Source of the DNA: Candidatus Poseidoniaceae archaeon | Lineage (GTDB): Archaea > Thermoplasmatota > Poseidoniia > Poseidoniales > Poseidoniaceae | Direction: 5' to 3' | Assembly: GCA_965662895.1 (NCBI GenBank) | Contig: CBFIJH010000004.1 | Location: 64,001 to 128,000, forward strand | Length of the DNA: 64,000 bases | Part shown: positions 26,906-36,847 of the stretch, piece after piece | Numbering within the stretch: the first letter of the stretch is position 1 | How the letters are laid out: the number at the start of each line of letters is the position of its first letter | Program-made: the position numbers and the translations under genes | Notes under the pieces: model-generated | Databases searched by the model: none | Seen by the model: the letters and a program-made list of their open reading frames with translations, nothing else | Told to the model about the DNA's origin: nothing

Positions 26906-28383
26906 TGCAGACAGAGATTTCGAGCAGCATAGACCTCATCGACTCGGCGAACAGGCGTCGTCGTCGGTGCATTATGGAGCGTTTCGGCATCGAGTTGCAG
27001 CACCTTGCAGAAGTCCTTCGCAAACGTGTCGAGTGTTTCTTTGGATTCCGTTTCCGTTGGTTCAATCATCATACACTCAGGAACGACAAGCGGGAAATAA
27101 ACCGTCGGTGCCATGTAACCCATATCAAGAAGTCCTTTTGCGACATCCATTGCTGATATTCCTAACGCTTCTTTCGCTGGTCCAAGTGAGAGGGTGAATT
27201 CGTGTTTCGCGACGACTGTGTCTGCACCATCAACGAAGAGGTGATCAACGCCAGCGGCTTTGGCTTCACGATGAATTGCATGACGAAGGTAATTCGCATT
27301 GAGAACAGCGTGTTCGGACATTGTTCGAAGTTCCTTACCATAGCGTCGATAATATGCCCAGCATCGTAAGACAGCACCCGCATTTCCGTGCCACTGTTGG
27401 ACTTTTCCGATGGTATGTTCGGGTTCATGCCACGTGTACCAATGCGCATCAACAGCTTGGGCAGCCTCTTCTCCAGTTGGCTCTCGTCGTGTTACAATTG
27501 GAGATGGTAAGAAGGCTGCTAGATGCTCCTTTACGCCGATTGGTCCTGAACCTGGGCCTCCACCACCATGCGGTTGGCTGAAGGTCTTGTGCAAATTGTA
27601 GTGAACCGCATCAAAGCCCATCAATCCAGGACTTGTGCGACCGAGAATCGCATTGAAGTTTGCTCCATCATAATACATCAAACCTCCAACATTGTGAACA
27701 ATTTCAGAAGCTTCAGCGATATCTTGCTCAAAAAGACCGAGCGTGTTTGGGTTTGTAATCATCATAGCAGCAGTGTCATCGCCGACAACAGCGCGCAGGG
27801 CTGCAAGATCGATTCGGCCATCGTCCTGACTTGGAATTTCGATGATTTCAAAACCAGCCATTGCAGCACTGGCAGGATTGGTCCCATGTGCAGAATCGGG
27901 TACAATGACCTTGGTACGATGATGTTCACCACGATGGCGGAAGTATTCTTGGAAACAACGTATTGCAGTAAATTCTCCTTGCGCACCTGCGACAGGTTGC
28001 AAGGTAACTGCATCCATTCCAGCACAGATTGCGAGCATTTCTTGCATCTCGTAGTAAATCGAAAGCAAGCCTTGCAGTTGATGTTCGGGCTGATGCGGAT
28101 GAATATCAGCAATTCCAGGGAGTTGTGCAATAACTTCGTTGACGCGAGGGTTGTGTTTCATTGTGCACGAACCCAGCGGATAGAAGCCTGTATCAATTCC
28201 AAAATTCCTCTTTGATAGCCATGTGTAGTGGCGAACCATTTCGGGCTCCGAAAGGCGTGGCCAGCGTGGAAGTTTCTTTCGAACCATGTTCGAAGGGATG
28301 CTCAATTCAGAGGCTGGTCGAAGTGGAGGAGGTTGTGCGTAACCTTTCCCTTCAGCGCCATAATGGTCAAACAAGCGACTCAA
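26884..28383 (-). CDS. gcvPB: Glycine dehydrogenase (decarboxylating) subunit 2
   Basis: RHYTWLS..NFGIDTGFYPLGSCTMKHNP, QPVAGAQGE, PDSAHGTNPASA, HYNLHKTFSQPHGGGGPG, MIEPTETESKE; TTG start overlaps the gcvPA stop. Confidence 0.96.
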   Translation of the reverse strand: MSRLFDHYGAEGKGYAQPPPLRPASELSIPSNMVRKKLPRWPRLSEPEMVRHYTWLSKRNFGIDTGFYPLGSCTMKHNPRVNEVIAQLPGIADIHPHQPEHQLQGLLSIYYEMQEMLAICAGMDAVTLQPVAGAQGEFTAIRCFQEYFRHRGEHHRTKVIVPDSAHGTNPASAAMAGFEIIEIPSQDDGRIDLAALRAVVGDDTAAMMITNPNTLGLFEQDIAEASEIVHNVGGLMYYDGANFNAILGRTSPGLMGFDAVHYNLHKTFSQPHGGGGPGSGPIGVKEHLAAFLPSPIVTRREPTGEEAAQAVDAHWYTWHEPEHTIGKVQQWHGNAGAVLRCWAYYRRYGKELRTMSEHAVLNANYLRHAIHREAKAAGVDHLFVDGADTVVAKHEFTLSLGPAKEALGISAMDVAKGLLDMGYMAPTVYFPLVVPECMMIEPTETESKETLDTFAKDFCKVLQLDAETLHNAPTTTPVRRVDEVYAARNLCLHHPFDDE

Positions 28384-29750
28384 GCAACCACCTCCTGAAC
28401 CCAATGCTCAAGTGCATGAACCAAACGATCGATGTCACGCTGGCTTGTTTGGTCGGTAACGGTTACGAGGATTTGATTCTCTTTGTCCACGTACCAGTTG
28501 GAGAGGTCAAAGCCTCCGACAACGCCTCGTTGTTCAAGATGAGCAAGACATGCAGAACTTGTACTGGGCAATTCGACAACGAATTCATTGAAGTGCGATT
28601 GGTCGTTGTAGGGTAAATTAAGCGACGCAATTGCTCCAAGTTGCTGTTTGAGTTGTTTGCAAGCAGCCATGTTACGGACTGCGAGATGCTCAAGGCCTTC
28701 TGGCCCAAGTAAGGACATGTGCATGGCACCCATCAGTGCGATGAGCGTCTCATTGGTGCATATGTTGGATGTGGCACGATGACGTCGAATATGTTGTTCT
28801 CGAGTCGATAGCGTGAGACAATAGGCTTCCTTTCCGTCGACATCGATGCTTCTTCCAACAATTCGACCTGGCATCAATCGTAGATAGGGTTTGGTACAAC
28901 CAAAGATACCGTAGAGAGGTCCGCCTCCCGTGATTGGGCTTCCCAGAGGTTGTCCTTCGCCGACAACGATGTCTGCGCCATAGTGGCCCGGTGCTTCAAG
29001 CAATCCAAGCGAAACAGGTTGAACACCGACAATCAATGCGGTCTTTTCACCGATGATTTCCTTGAGTGCAGGGTAACCGCCGTCAATAATACCGAGCGGA
29101 TTTGGTTGCTCGACGTAAACTGCACAGGATCCGTGGGCGCGCTTGACGTCATCGAGATTAATGCACCCATTTTCATCATGACGCAATGTTTTGACTTCGA
29201 TGCCAGCACCTTGACAATAGTTGTGAATGACCGAAACGCGGTCTGGCGGTGTCAACTCGGAGATGTAGACCGTATCTTTTTGCTCAGCTTTTCGATTATG
29301 AACACGAACAGCACATGTCAATGCTTCTGCAGCAGCTGTTGAACCGTCGTACAACGAAAGATTGGTGATTGGCATAGCAATAAGCTCAGAGACCAGCGAT
29401 TGGAATTCCCACATTGCCTGAAGCATGCCTTGGGAAACTTCGGGCTGATAAGGCGTGTATGAAGTGAGAAATTCTCCCCGGGTGACAAGTTGAAAAACGC
29501 TTGATGGAACAAAATTACGGTACAGTCCTGCTCCGAGGAAGGATGGTTGATTTCCAAGAGCGAGATTTGCTCCCAGCAAACGTTTTGCATCAGCAAGTAA
29601 TTCTTCTTCACTTTGTGCTTCAGGCAACGGTAAATCGTCATTCATTCGCACGGATTCGGGTACATCAGCGAACAAGGCATCAATGGATTCAACACCCATT
29701 TCTTTGAGCATTTCTTCTTCTCTTCCAAGGTTTGGTAACTGGTCGACCAT
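28380..29750 (-). CDS. gcvPA: Glycine dehydrogenase (decarboxylating) subunit 1
   Basis: FLGAG, RGEFLTSYTPYQPEVSQGMLQ, SLYDG, GEGQPLG, MPGRIVG, TREQHIRRHRATSNICTN. Confidence 0.96.
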   Translation of the reverse strand: MVDQLPNLGREEEMLKEMGVESIDALFADVPESVRMNDDLPLPEAQSEEELLADAKRLLGANLALGNQPSFLGAGLYRNFVPSSVFQLVTRGEFLTSYTPYQPEVSQGMLQAMWEFQSLVSELIAMPITNLSLYDGSTAAAEALTCAVRVHNRKAEQKDTVYISELTPPDRVSVIHNYCQGAGIEVKTLRHDENGCINLDDVKRAHGSCAVYVEQPNPLGIIDGGYPALKEIIGEKTALIVGVQPVSLGLLEAPGHYGADIVVGEGQPLGSPITGGGPLYGIFGCTKPYLRLMPGRIVGRSIDVDGKEAYCLTLSTREQHIRRHRATSNICTNETLIALMGAMHMSLLGPEGLEHLAVRNMAACKQLKQQLGAIASLNLPYNDQSHFNEFVVELPSTSSACLAHLEQRGVVGGFDLSNWYVDKENQILVTVTDQTSQRDIDRLVHALEHWVQEVVA

Positions 29751-29833
29751 AGAGAACTCCCCCGCAGGCAAGTTCAACCAATCGCGTAGCGCTCATAATG
29801 TTCGTCATTGAACCGTCAAGAAACGGGTGCCGT

Positions 29834-30949
29834 CTATACAAAAGGAGGACGAATAATAACAGCACGGACCGATGAGCGAGGACTTGCCGCAATGAGAACT
29901 TCATCGCCTTCATTAACACCTGAGATGTATCCGATTCCAATTCCAGTGTTTCCGAGCGATGGCGAAGGAGCACCAGAGGTCAGTTGGCCAATTTTTTCTC
30001 CTTCGAGGGATAAGACAGCCTTTCCGGGTCGAGGAAGTGGGCCACGTTCAAGATATTTGATTCCCCACCAGCGCTCATCGGAGTCAGAATGCGACATCAC
30101 TCGGCTTCGTCCAATAAACGCATGATTCGTATCGAGGCCGAATGGAACGTTTGTTTCCCACGAATCACGAGCAAGGAATTTGTTCGAGCCATCATCGATC
30201 TCGGGCCATAAGAAATCAACACCTGAAAGTAGGTATCCCTTCTCGAGGCGCAGCGTGTCCCGAGCACCAAGCCCAACAGGCGTTGCGCCTGCATCAATCA
30301 GCGCACGCCACACGGATGCGACAGAATCGTTGGGCACGAAGATTTCGTAACCTGCCTCACCCGTGTACCCAGTTCCTTGTATCCATCCCGTCACATCGAG
30401 ATTGTTTTGTGTTAGCTGCGACCACCGGAAGCGCCCGACATGTTGACCCTCACCGAAAGCAGCGTCGAGATAGGTTTGGCTCTTCGGACCTTGAAGCGCA
30501 AGAATAGAGTATTCAGACGAAAGATTTTCGATGGATACCCCCGAATCGGAGGGGTTGCATCCTTGGAACCAATCCCACATCACGCCGATCATCGAAGCGT
30601 TTGGTACACCAAGTATTTCTGTATCCGATACAACTGCAAAAATCATGTCATCGATAATGTAACCATCGTGATCAAGAAAATGCGTATAGGCACATCTTCC
30701 GACTGGTATGTTTGTCACGTTCTGTGTTGCAACACTTTCCAACCACTGACGCACATTCGTTCCGCGAAATCGAAACGTCCCCATGTGCGAAACGTCGAAG
30801 AGACCGGCTGATTCTCGTGTTGCTATATGCTCTGCTTTGATGTTGGTGTACCAAATCGGCAGCTCGAAGCCGTGAAAGTCGACAAGGTTTCCATTCAAGG
30901 CAACATGCTCATCGTACAGCGCAGTTCTGACTATGTCTCCATCCGTCAT
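29834..30949 (-). CDS. gcvT: Glycine cleavage system aminomethyltransferase T
   Basis: RTALYDEH, FHGFELPIWY, AGLFDVSHMG, IIDD, LALQGP, TGYTGEAGYEI, GLGARDTLRLEKGY; start trimmed to ATG 30949. Confidence 0.95.
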   Translation of the reverse strand: MTDGDIVRTALYDEHVALNGNLVDFHGFELPIWYTNIKAEHIATRESAGLFDVSHMGTFRFRGTNVRQWLESVATQNVTNIPVGRCAYTHFLDHDGYIIDDMIFAVVSDTEILGVPNASMIGVMWDWFQGCNPSDSGVSIENLSSEYSILALQGPKSQTYLDAAFGEGQHVGRFRWSQLTQNNLDVTGWIQGTGYTGEAGYEIFVPNDSVASVWRALIDAGATPVGLGARDTLRLEKGYLLSGVDFLWPEIDDGSNKFLARDSWETNVPFGLDTNHAFIGRSRVMSHSDSDERWWGIKYLERGPLPRPGKAVLSLEGEKIGQLTSGAPSPSLGNTGIGIGYISGVNEGDEVLIAASPRSSVRAVIIRPPFV

Positions 30950-30965
30950 TGAATTCACATCCGTA

Positions 30966-32435
30966 TCATGATTGAGGCAAACCACGTTCAATATCCTTTC
31001 CGAGTGAAACGACGCAATCAAGGAAGGCATCGAGCGATTCCTCGCTGATGTTCCTGTTGGCAATAACGGAACGCAAGATGATTTTGTCCTCGATTGTACT
31101 GCGACTAACCATAAAACGTCCATCCTGAATCAAACGTTGTCGCAATTGTGCGTTGATTCGGTTGAGTTCACTGTCGTCAGAAGAACCGACGTAGCGGAAG
31201 CAGACATTGGTCCACATCCTGTCGCTCACCATTTCCAAGGAGGGGTGTTCCTGGATTCGACCCTCAAGATAATTCGCCAATTCCATGAATCGTTCAAGCA
31301 TAGAAGCCCAGCCAGCATCACCTATTTCGCGCCATGCTAACCAAAGTTTGAGGGCGTCGTTTCTTCGTCCGCATTGGAGTGAGTAGCGCCCCAAGTCGAC
31401 ATCTTCTCCAGTTTCGATGTAAAGGTAGTGCGCAGTGTTGCCGTTCGAACAAACCGTTCGTAGTATCTCTTCATCCTTCACAATGAACGCAGAACAAATC
31501 AGAGGAATACCCATCATCTTGTGCGCATCCCAGCAGAAACTGTCAGCAAGTTCGATACCATCCATCAGAGAGCGGTACTGGGAGGAAAACAAGCATGATC
31601 CACCCCATGCAGCATCAACATGCATCCAGAGTTTATGTTTGTGAGCGATTGCAGCAATTTCACGCAATGGATCGAAACTCCCTCGTACGGTTGTACCGCT
31701 TGTTGCAAGGACTGCGAAAGGAATCTGCCCATCTCGAAGGCTACGTTCAATTTCCTCTTCGAGAGCGTCTGGACGCATTTGACCGTGTTCATTGCACCGC
31801 ACTTTGATGAGATTTGACCGACCTATACCGATTACATTGGATGCTATGTTGAACGAATAATGCGACTCCTCCGACACAAAAGCAACCATCTTTGTCCCAT
31901 CAAAGCCGGATTGGCTCGAGAGTGGTAATTTGGCTTGACGGGCGCAAAGCATACCGAGCAAGTTCCCATTCGATCCGCCTGTCGTTAGCGTGCCCTGACT
32001 TGTTCCAAATCCTGCAAGTTCCGCCATGCGCTTGAGAATGGTTGATTCAATCAAGGTTGCAATGGGAGCGATTTCGTAGGTGTACATCGCGGTATTCGTA
32101 GCTGCAGTCACAAGTTCTCCTGCGATGGAGGCTGTGGATAGTCCACCCCACAACGGATTCATGAAACCTGGAGCAGTCGTCCGTACAGAGTTTCGAAGAA
32201 CGGATTCGATGTCATCGAGTGCTGCATTAAGCCCTCGCCCTTCGATGGGAAGTTTCAGATCGGATGTCTTCCGAAGGGATTGATACGAGACAGTCGGACG
32301 GATTTCGGATTCAACTTGGCTTGCTTCAAGAAAAGAAACAACCCGAGAAAGTACCTCATCGAGAAACTTCTCCGCTTCCATGATTTGATGGTGCATGATT
32401 CGGTCTTTGAACGTGGTCATTCCATTTGCTGACAT
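30966..32435 (-). CDS. Group II PLP-dependent decarboxylase (GAD/CSAD/aspartate decarboxylase-like)
   Basis: NTAMYTYEIAP, TTGGSNGN, SEESHYS, ATSGTTVRGSFDPL, WMHVDAAWGG, WDAHKMMG (PLP Lys), SLQCGRRNDALKLWLAW. Confidence 0.9.
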   Translation of the reverse strand: MSANGMTTFKDRIMHHQIMEAEKFLDEVLSRVVSFLEASQVESEIRPTVSYQSLRKTSDLKLPIEGRGLNAALDDIESVLRNSVRTTAPGFMNPLWGGLSTASIAGELVTAATNTAMYTYEIAPIATLIESTILKRMAELAGFGTSQGTLTTGGSNGNLLGMLCARQAKLPLSSQSGFDGTKMVAFVSEESHYSFNIASNVIGIGRSNLIKVRCNEHGQMRPDALEEEIERSLRDGQIPFAVLATSGTTVRGSFDPLREIAAIAHKHKLWMHVDAAWGGSCLFSSQYRSLMDGIELADSFCWDAHKMMGIPLICSAFIVKDEEILRTVCSNGNTAHYLYIETGEDVDLGRYSLQCGRRNDALKLWLAWREIGDAGWASMLERFMELANYLEGRIQEHPSLEMVSDRMWTNVCFRYVGSSDDSELNRINAQLRQRLIQDGRFMVSRSTIEDKIILRSVIANRNISEESLDAFLDCVVSLGKDIERGLPQS

Positions 32436-32498
32436 TATACTATGCGTTTTGCATTTTTCTTTACATACATTGAATAACTCTGTTGTTCTGGCGAGATC

Positions 32499-33362
32499 AT
32501 GCTAGGAGAAACAGGTGATGCATGGCTGACACGTTTGCACATGCAACTCGCACGAGAACTACGAGGCCACGGTTGGTCTCAAATGAACATTGCATCGATG
32601 TTGGGTACCACCCAAAGCACGATATCGAGGCAGTATCAAAAGCCAATCATCGAATTGCCGGGTTCAGCCGATGAACTGACAATCGATGGTTGGGCCAAGG
32701 AAGTCGCAGGCGGCTTGCTCTCGGTGGGTCAAAATGAAGAATTGCTCCGTCAGCGTTTTATTATTGAATTTCAGTTCACGGGAAATCAAGTGTTACGTTT
32801 TGACAAAACCCTAACTGGATTGGATTTGGAAGTTGATCAAAATGAACACGCACTCATTCGAAGACTCGAGTGGGCAATTGGACGTCTGGATTCTCGAATC
32901 GTTTTGCCTGTGATTCCAAAAGTTGGAATGAATATTGCTGCATGCTTGCAATCAGCAAGTTCACCGGAGGAGGTTGCGGCTATTCCGGGTAAAATTACGG
33001 ATGTTGGTGGCGAATTGCGAACGCACAGCAAACCTCAGTTTGGTTCATCAAAACACCTTGCTGAAATGCTTCTCAAAACAAGAAAACATGATGCAGCCAA
33101 ATGCGCCATCATCAACATTCGTCCTCCCGGCGACTTTGAAGGCACCGACATCGATGCTGTGCAAGAGGCTTGCAACAAACTCAATTGGGAATTGGCCGAT
33201 GCTGACCGAAGTGGTTTGGAAGATTCCAATTCAAAGATTGATGTGATCCTTGACGTCGGTGATTTTGGCTGGGAACCTTCGCTTTATGTTGTCGGTACAA
33301 GCCCACTGGATGTTGTCGATCGATGTCACACACTCATCAATACACTCGAGGGATCCGAATGA
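32499..33362 (+). CDS. thiR: ThiR-type regulator (N-terminal HTH + ThiN thiamine-phosphate synthase-like domain)
   Basis: LARELRGHGWSQMNIASMLGTTQSTISRQ HTH; IPKVGMNIA, VAAIPGKI, PQFGSSKHLA, AIINIR, DVGDFGWEP; directly upstream of the thiamine ABC genes. Confidence 0.8.
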   Translation: MLGETGDAWLTRLHMQLARELRGHGWSQMNIASMLGTTQSTISRQYQKPIIELPGSADELTIDGWAKEVAGGLLSVGQNEELLRQRFIIEFQFTGNQVLRFDKTLTGLDLEVDQNEHALIRRLEWAIGRLDSRIVLPVIPKVGMNIAACLQSASSPEEVAAIPGKITDVGGELRTHSKPQFGSSKHLAEMLLKTRKHDAAKCAIINIRPPGDFEGTDIDAVQEACNKLNWELADADRSGLEDSNSKIDVILDVGDFGWEPSLYVVGTSPLDVVDRCHTLINTLEGSE

Positions 33363-34465
33363 TTCGTGCAGGTTTGATTCTAACGATTCTCACGCTTGCC
33401 CCACTATCAGGATGTTTGGGAGATTATTCCATCGATGATGAATGTGTTATTGCAGAAGGTCCGAATGATAATACCTTGACGATTCTGTCTTACGACATCA
33501 TCGCTTTAACGAGTGAAGTTCTTGAGGAATTCACCAATCAAACAGGATATGAAGTTGAGATGAAACTGGTGAATGATGCGGGTGGAATCCTTGAATCCTT
33601 ACTTCTTACCAAGGATGTTCCGCAAGCCGATCTCGCTCTCGGTCTTGACAACACCTATCTCCAAACCGCACTCGACCGTTGCTTGATTGCTCCGCATTCT
33701 GCTGAAATTCCTGAACTCGACTCCAAAGCGTGGGTGGCATATCAGGGAGAACTTGCTGTTCCTTTCGATCACGGCTATGTTTGTCTCAATGTGGATGTCG
33801 AGGCTCTGGACGAAAACAACGTATCGCTCCCAACCACGCTTGAGGAACTTACCGGTGAAGAATGGAGAGGAAAAACGGCCTTTCCAAGCCCAACGACATC
33901 CTCGCCAGGCCGTGCATTCATGACTGCAACAATCGATTATTTCGAACGACAATCGACGATGGACGCTATGGATTGGTGGAAAGCCATGGCCGAAAACGAT
34001 GCTATCTTTACCTCAGGCTGGACTGAAGCCTATGAAGTTCATTACAGCGGAGGTTATGGCGTTTGGGAAGATGGCTTCATTGGTGATGCTTGGTTAACTG
34101 TCTCATATTGTCACTCTCCTGGCGTCGAAGCGCACTTCGGTGGAAATTACACGATTTCAAAAGCCGTTGAAATCGACTATGCTTCCTTCCATCAAATCGA
34201 ATACGCAGCGAAAATTAACGGTGGGGGATCAAGCCCAGCCGTTGATGCCTTCATCGAGTATCTTCTAAGCGAAGAAGTCAACAAAAATATGCCGTTGAAC
34301 AATTACATGTATTCGGTTCTTGATGGCGAGGACATGCCTCTAGCAAATGGTTTCCGTCACCACAGCCCAATACCGTCCTCTCCCGCAGAGATTACCTCTG
34401 AACGCATTGATGCAGAAATGGAAACGTGGTTGAAGGATTGGCGCGAAGCGACACAAGCTCTCTGA
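33359..34465 (+). CDS. thiB: Thiamine ABC transporter substrate-binding lipoprotein
   Basis: Lipobox LSGCLG; DAGG, ADLALGLDN, VPFDHGYVCLN, PTTSSPGRAF, GWTEAY, VSYCHSP, QIEYA. Confidence 0.88.
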   Translation: MIRAGLILTILTLAPLSGCLGDYSIDDECVIAEGPNDNTLTILSYDIIALTSEVLEEFTNQTGYEVEMKLVNDAGGILESLLLTKDVPQADLALGLDNTYLQTALDRCLIAPHSAEIPELDSKAWVAYQGELAVPFDHGYVCLNVDVEALDENNVSLPTTLEELTGEEWRGKTAFPSPTTSSPGRAFMTATIDYFERQSTMDAMDWWKAMAENDAIFTSGWTEAYEVHYSGGYGVWEDGFIGDAWLTVSYCHSPGVEAHFGGNYTISKAVEIDYASFHQIEYAAKINGGGSSPAVDAFIEYLLSEEVNKNMPLNNYMYSVLDGEDMPLANGFRHHSPIPSSPAEITSERIDAEMETWLKDWREATQAL

Positions 34466-34466
34466 G

Positions 34467-36203
34467 TTGTCTGGCATGACCAAGAGCATAGGGAAGTATC
34501 TCCCTGTTTTCATCTATCTTGCGATGATACTCGTACCACTGTTGTTCGCAGTCGATCGACTAATCTACGTCACTGGAACCAATCCCTTCGAAGCGATGTT
34601 TCTCATTGGCAAGCACCCATTCGGTTCGCAGGCCATACAATTCACAATTTTACAAGCAACATTCTCTGCCATCCTCACCTTGACAATTGGTCTTCCAATT
34701 GCATGGTGCCTTGGACGGTACAATTGGAAGCGTATTGGGTTGATTCGCGCAGCGTTGACACTACCCTTCGTCACACCAACAATTGTTGCAGCGATGGGCT
34801 TTCTTGCGCTCATCAAACAGGGAGGCCTTCTCGACTCGATTGGGATTGACCTTCGAAATGAAACAGGAATAATTGGTGCGTTTTCAACGATTACAGGAAT
34901 CGAAAACTCAGGCCACATTCTTGCTCTCCTGCTTGCACATGCGTGGTTTAATCTTGCACTTGTCATCCGCTTTGTGGAACCAAAGATTTCGACATTACCG
35001 CCACGATATGAGGATGCTTTTCGGATGCTACCAATTGGAACGAATCCCCTTCAACGTTTGACCAAGTTTTGGTGGCCGATGCTCAAAACGTCCATTCTCT
35101 CCGCATTTGTGTTTGCATTCATCTTTTCTTTCACATCGTTCGCTTTGGTTCGATGGCTGGCGCCGGACATGTGGACATTGGAAGCATTGATGGCAACAGA
35201 AGGAGGTGCAGCAGGGATACCTGGTTATCGGGTCGATGTGAGTCGGCTTGTTCTCGGTGGTGCAACCCTTCAAGGGATTGTTTTACTCACTGCGCTTGGC
35301 TTGGCTGGAAAGTGGCAACAACAACAAACGTCGGAAATCGATCTTGTATCCGAGAACTATTCACGGAAATACATCGGTAATCCTGGGCTCCTTGCTCGCA
35401 TCGGCGTTCTCTGTGCAACCGTTTTTGCTCTTACACCTCTCGTCATTATGGTGTTCTCTTCATTCCGGATTCGTAATCGAACGACAGATTCCTATCGTTG
35501 GAGTCTTGAAGCATGGGAACGCGCATTTCGTGGAGATTTCTCCTACACATCCGTACCCGAGGCCCTCTCAAATTCACTCGTTTATGCAATCGGGTGTCTT
35601 CTCGTATCCTGTTGCATCGGGTTCTTTGTCGCACAAACAATTCATTCCCTTGAACAACAAAAGAAACCAAAATTGGCTCAAGTCATCGATGTTCTATCCA
35701 TGCTTCCTTTGGCACTCTCTGGAGTCATGGTCGGTTTGGGAGTTTTGCTTGGAATCCTCAAGGTTTGGCCTGCTTTGTTTTCATGGTACGCCCTTCCAAT
35801 ATTGCCCCATGCGATGCTTACAACACCCTTCGTCGTGAGAATTATGCTACCTGCGATGAGAGAAATTGATGCAAGTTATGAAGAGGTCGGAATGATTTAC
35901 GGTTATGGCCCTGTTGAGCGTTTTTTCCGAATCAAGATACCTCTGCTCAAACCGCAAATCGTTGTGGCTGCAGCACTTTCGATGGCATTTTCTTTAGGAG
36001 AATTCGGTGCATCTTGGATTCTACTGCGATCGGGCTCATGGGACACATTACCCGTCTTGGTCGACCAACTGATGTCAAGACCGAAATATTTCGAGCTCGT
36101 TGAGCCAGTTGCGATGGCAACTGCGAGTGTCCTTATGTGCGTCACGTTTCTTCTCTTCGCCATTGCTGAACGGTTCCGCACCAATCAAGGAGGGGGCTTT
36201 TGA
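34467..36203 (+). CDS. thiP: Thiamine ABC transporter permease (duplicated TMD)
   Basis: FTILQATFSA, LPFVTPTIV, LAHAWFN, FIFSFTSF, AFSLGEFGA. Confidence 0.85.
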   Translation: MSGMTKSIGKYLPVFIYLAMILVPLLFAVDRLIYVTGTNPFEAMFLIGKHPFGSQAIQFTILQATFSAILTLTIGLPIAWCLGRYNWKRIGLIRAALTLPFVTPTIVAAMGFLALIKQGGLLDSIGIDLRNETGIIGAFSTITGIENSGHILALLLAHAWFNLALVIRFVEPKISTLPPRYEDAFRMLPIGTNPLQRLTKFWWPMLKTSILSAFVFAFIFSFTSFALVRWLAPDMWTLEALMATEGGAAGIPGYRVDVSRLVLGGATLQGIVLLTALGLAGKWQQQQTSEIDLVSENYSRKYIGNPGLLARIGVLCATVFALTPLVIMVFSSFRIRNRTTDSYRWSLEAWERAFRGDFSYTSVPEALSNSLVYAIGCLLVSCCIGFFVAQTIHSLEQQKKPKLAQVIDVLSMLPLALSGVMVGLGVLLGILKVWPALFSWYALPILPHAMLTTPFVVRIMLPAMREIDASYEEVGMIYGYGPVERFFRIKIPLLKPQIVVAAALSMAFSLGEFGASWILLRSGSWDTLPVLVDQLMSRPKYFELVEPVAMATASVLMCVTFLLFAIAERFRTNQGGGF

Positions 36204-36847
36204 TGAGTCTTACCATCCGTGATCTGAGTGTATCGTTTGGTTCACATCAAATTCTGTCCCATGTCAATTTAGAAATCGAAAGGGATGAAATTGTTGCAAT
36301 ACTTGGACCCAGTGGTTGCGGAAAAACAACCTTGTTGCGAGCAATTGCAGGCTTGCAAGAATTCGAGACAGGAACAATTCATTTTGATGGGAATCGAATT
36401 GATACGATTCCATGTGAAACCCGTGGCGTAGGTATGCTGTTCCAACGACCAGTCCTGTTCCCGTTCAAGGATGTCATCGGAAACATTCTCTTTGCATACA
36501 AACGGAGGAGCGAATGGAACATGACCGCAGTGCATTCCATCATGGAGGAGTTGGGAATCAAACGTCTCCAGCATCAATCAATCGAGACTCTATCCGGTGG
36601 AGAAGCTCAACGCGTTGTCTTGGCTCGGGCACTGCTCACAAATCCGAAACTCATGTTGCTGGACGAACCTCTGTCTGCCCTCGATGTTGAATTGCGTCGT
36701 AAGATTGCCCACGAGATACGTTCCATACTCAAATCGAGAGCCATTCCTGCGATACATGTCACGCACGACCCTGCTGAAGCAGAAATTATTGGGGACAGAG
36801 TTCTTCACTGGAAGGACCTACAACCGGGTGGGGACGATGAAGATTAG
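36200..36847 (+). CDS. thiQ: Thiamine ABC transporter ATP-binding protein
   Basis: GPSGCGKT, LSGGEAQRV, LLDEP, HVTHD; last core gene of the operon. Confidence 0.82.
   Translation: MMSLTIRDLSVSFGSHQILSHVNLEIERDEIVAILGPSGCGKTTLLRAIAGLQEFETGTIHFDGNRIDTIPCETRGVGMLFQRPVLFPFKDVIGNILFAYKRRSEWNMTAVHSIMEELGIKRLQHQSIETLSGGEAQRVVLARALLTNPKLMLLDEPLSALDVELRRKIAHEIRSILKSRAIPAIHVTHDPAEAEIIGDRVLHWKDLQPGGDDED

Noticed and set aside
32436-32498. TPP riboswitch upstream of the thiamine operon
   Set aside because: The spacer is only 63 nt and lacks the CTGAGA and CCTGA...GGG conserved elements.
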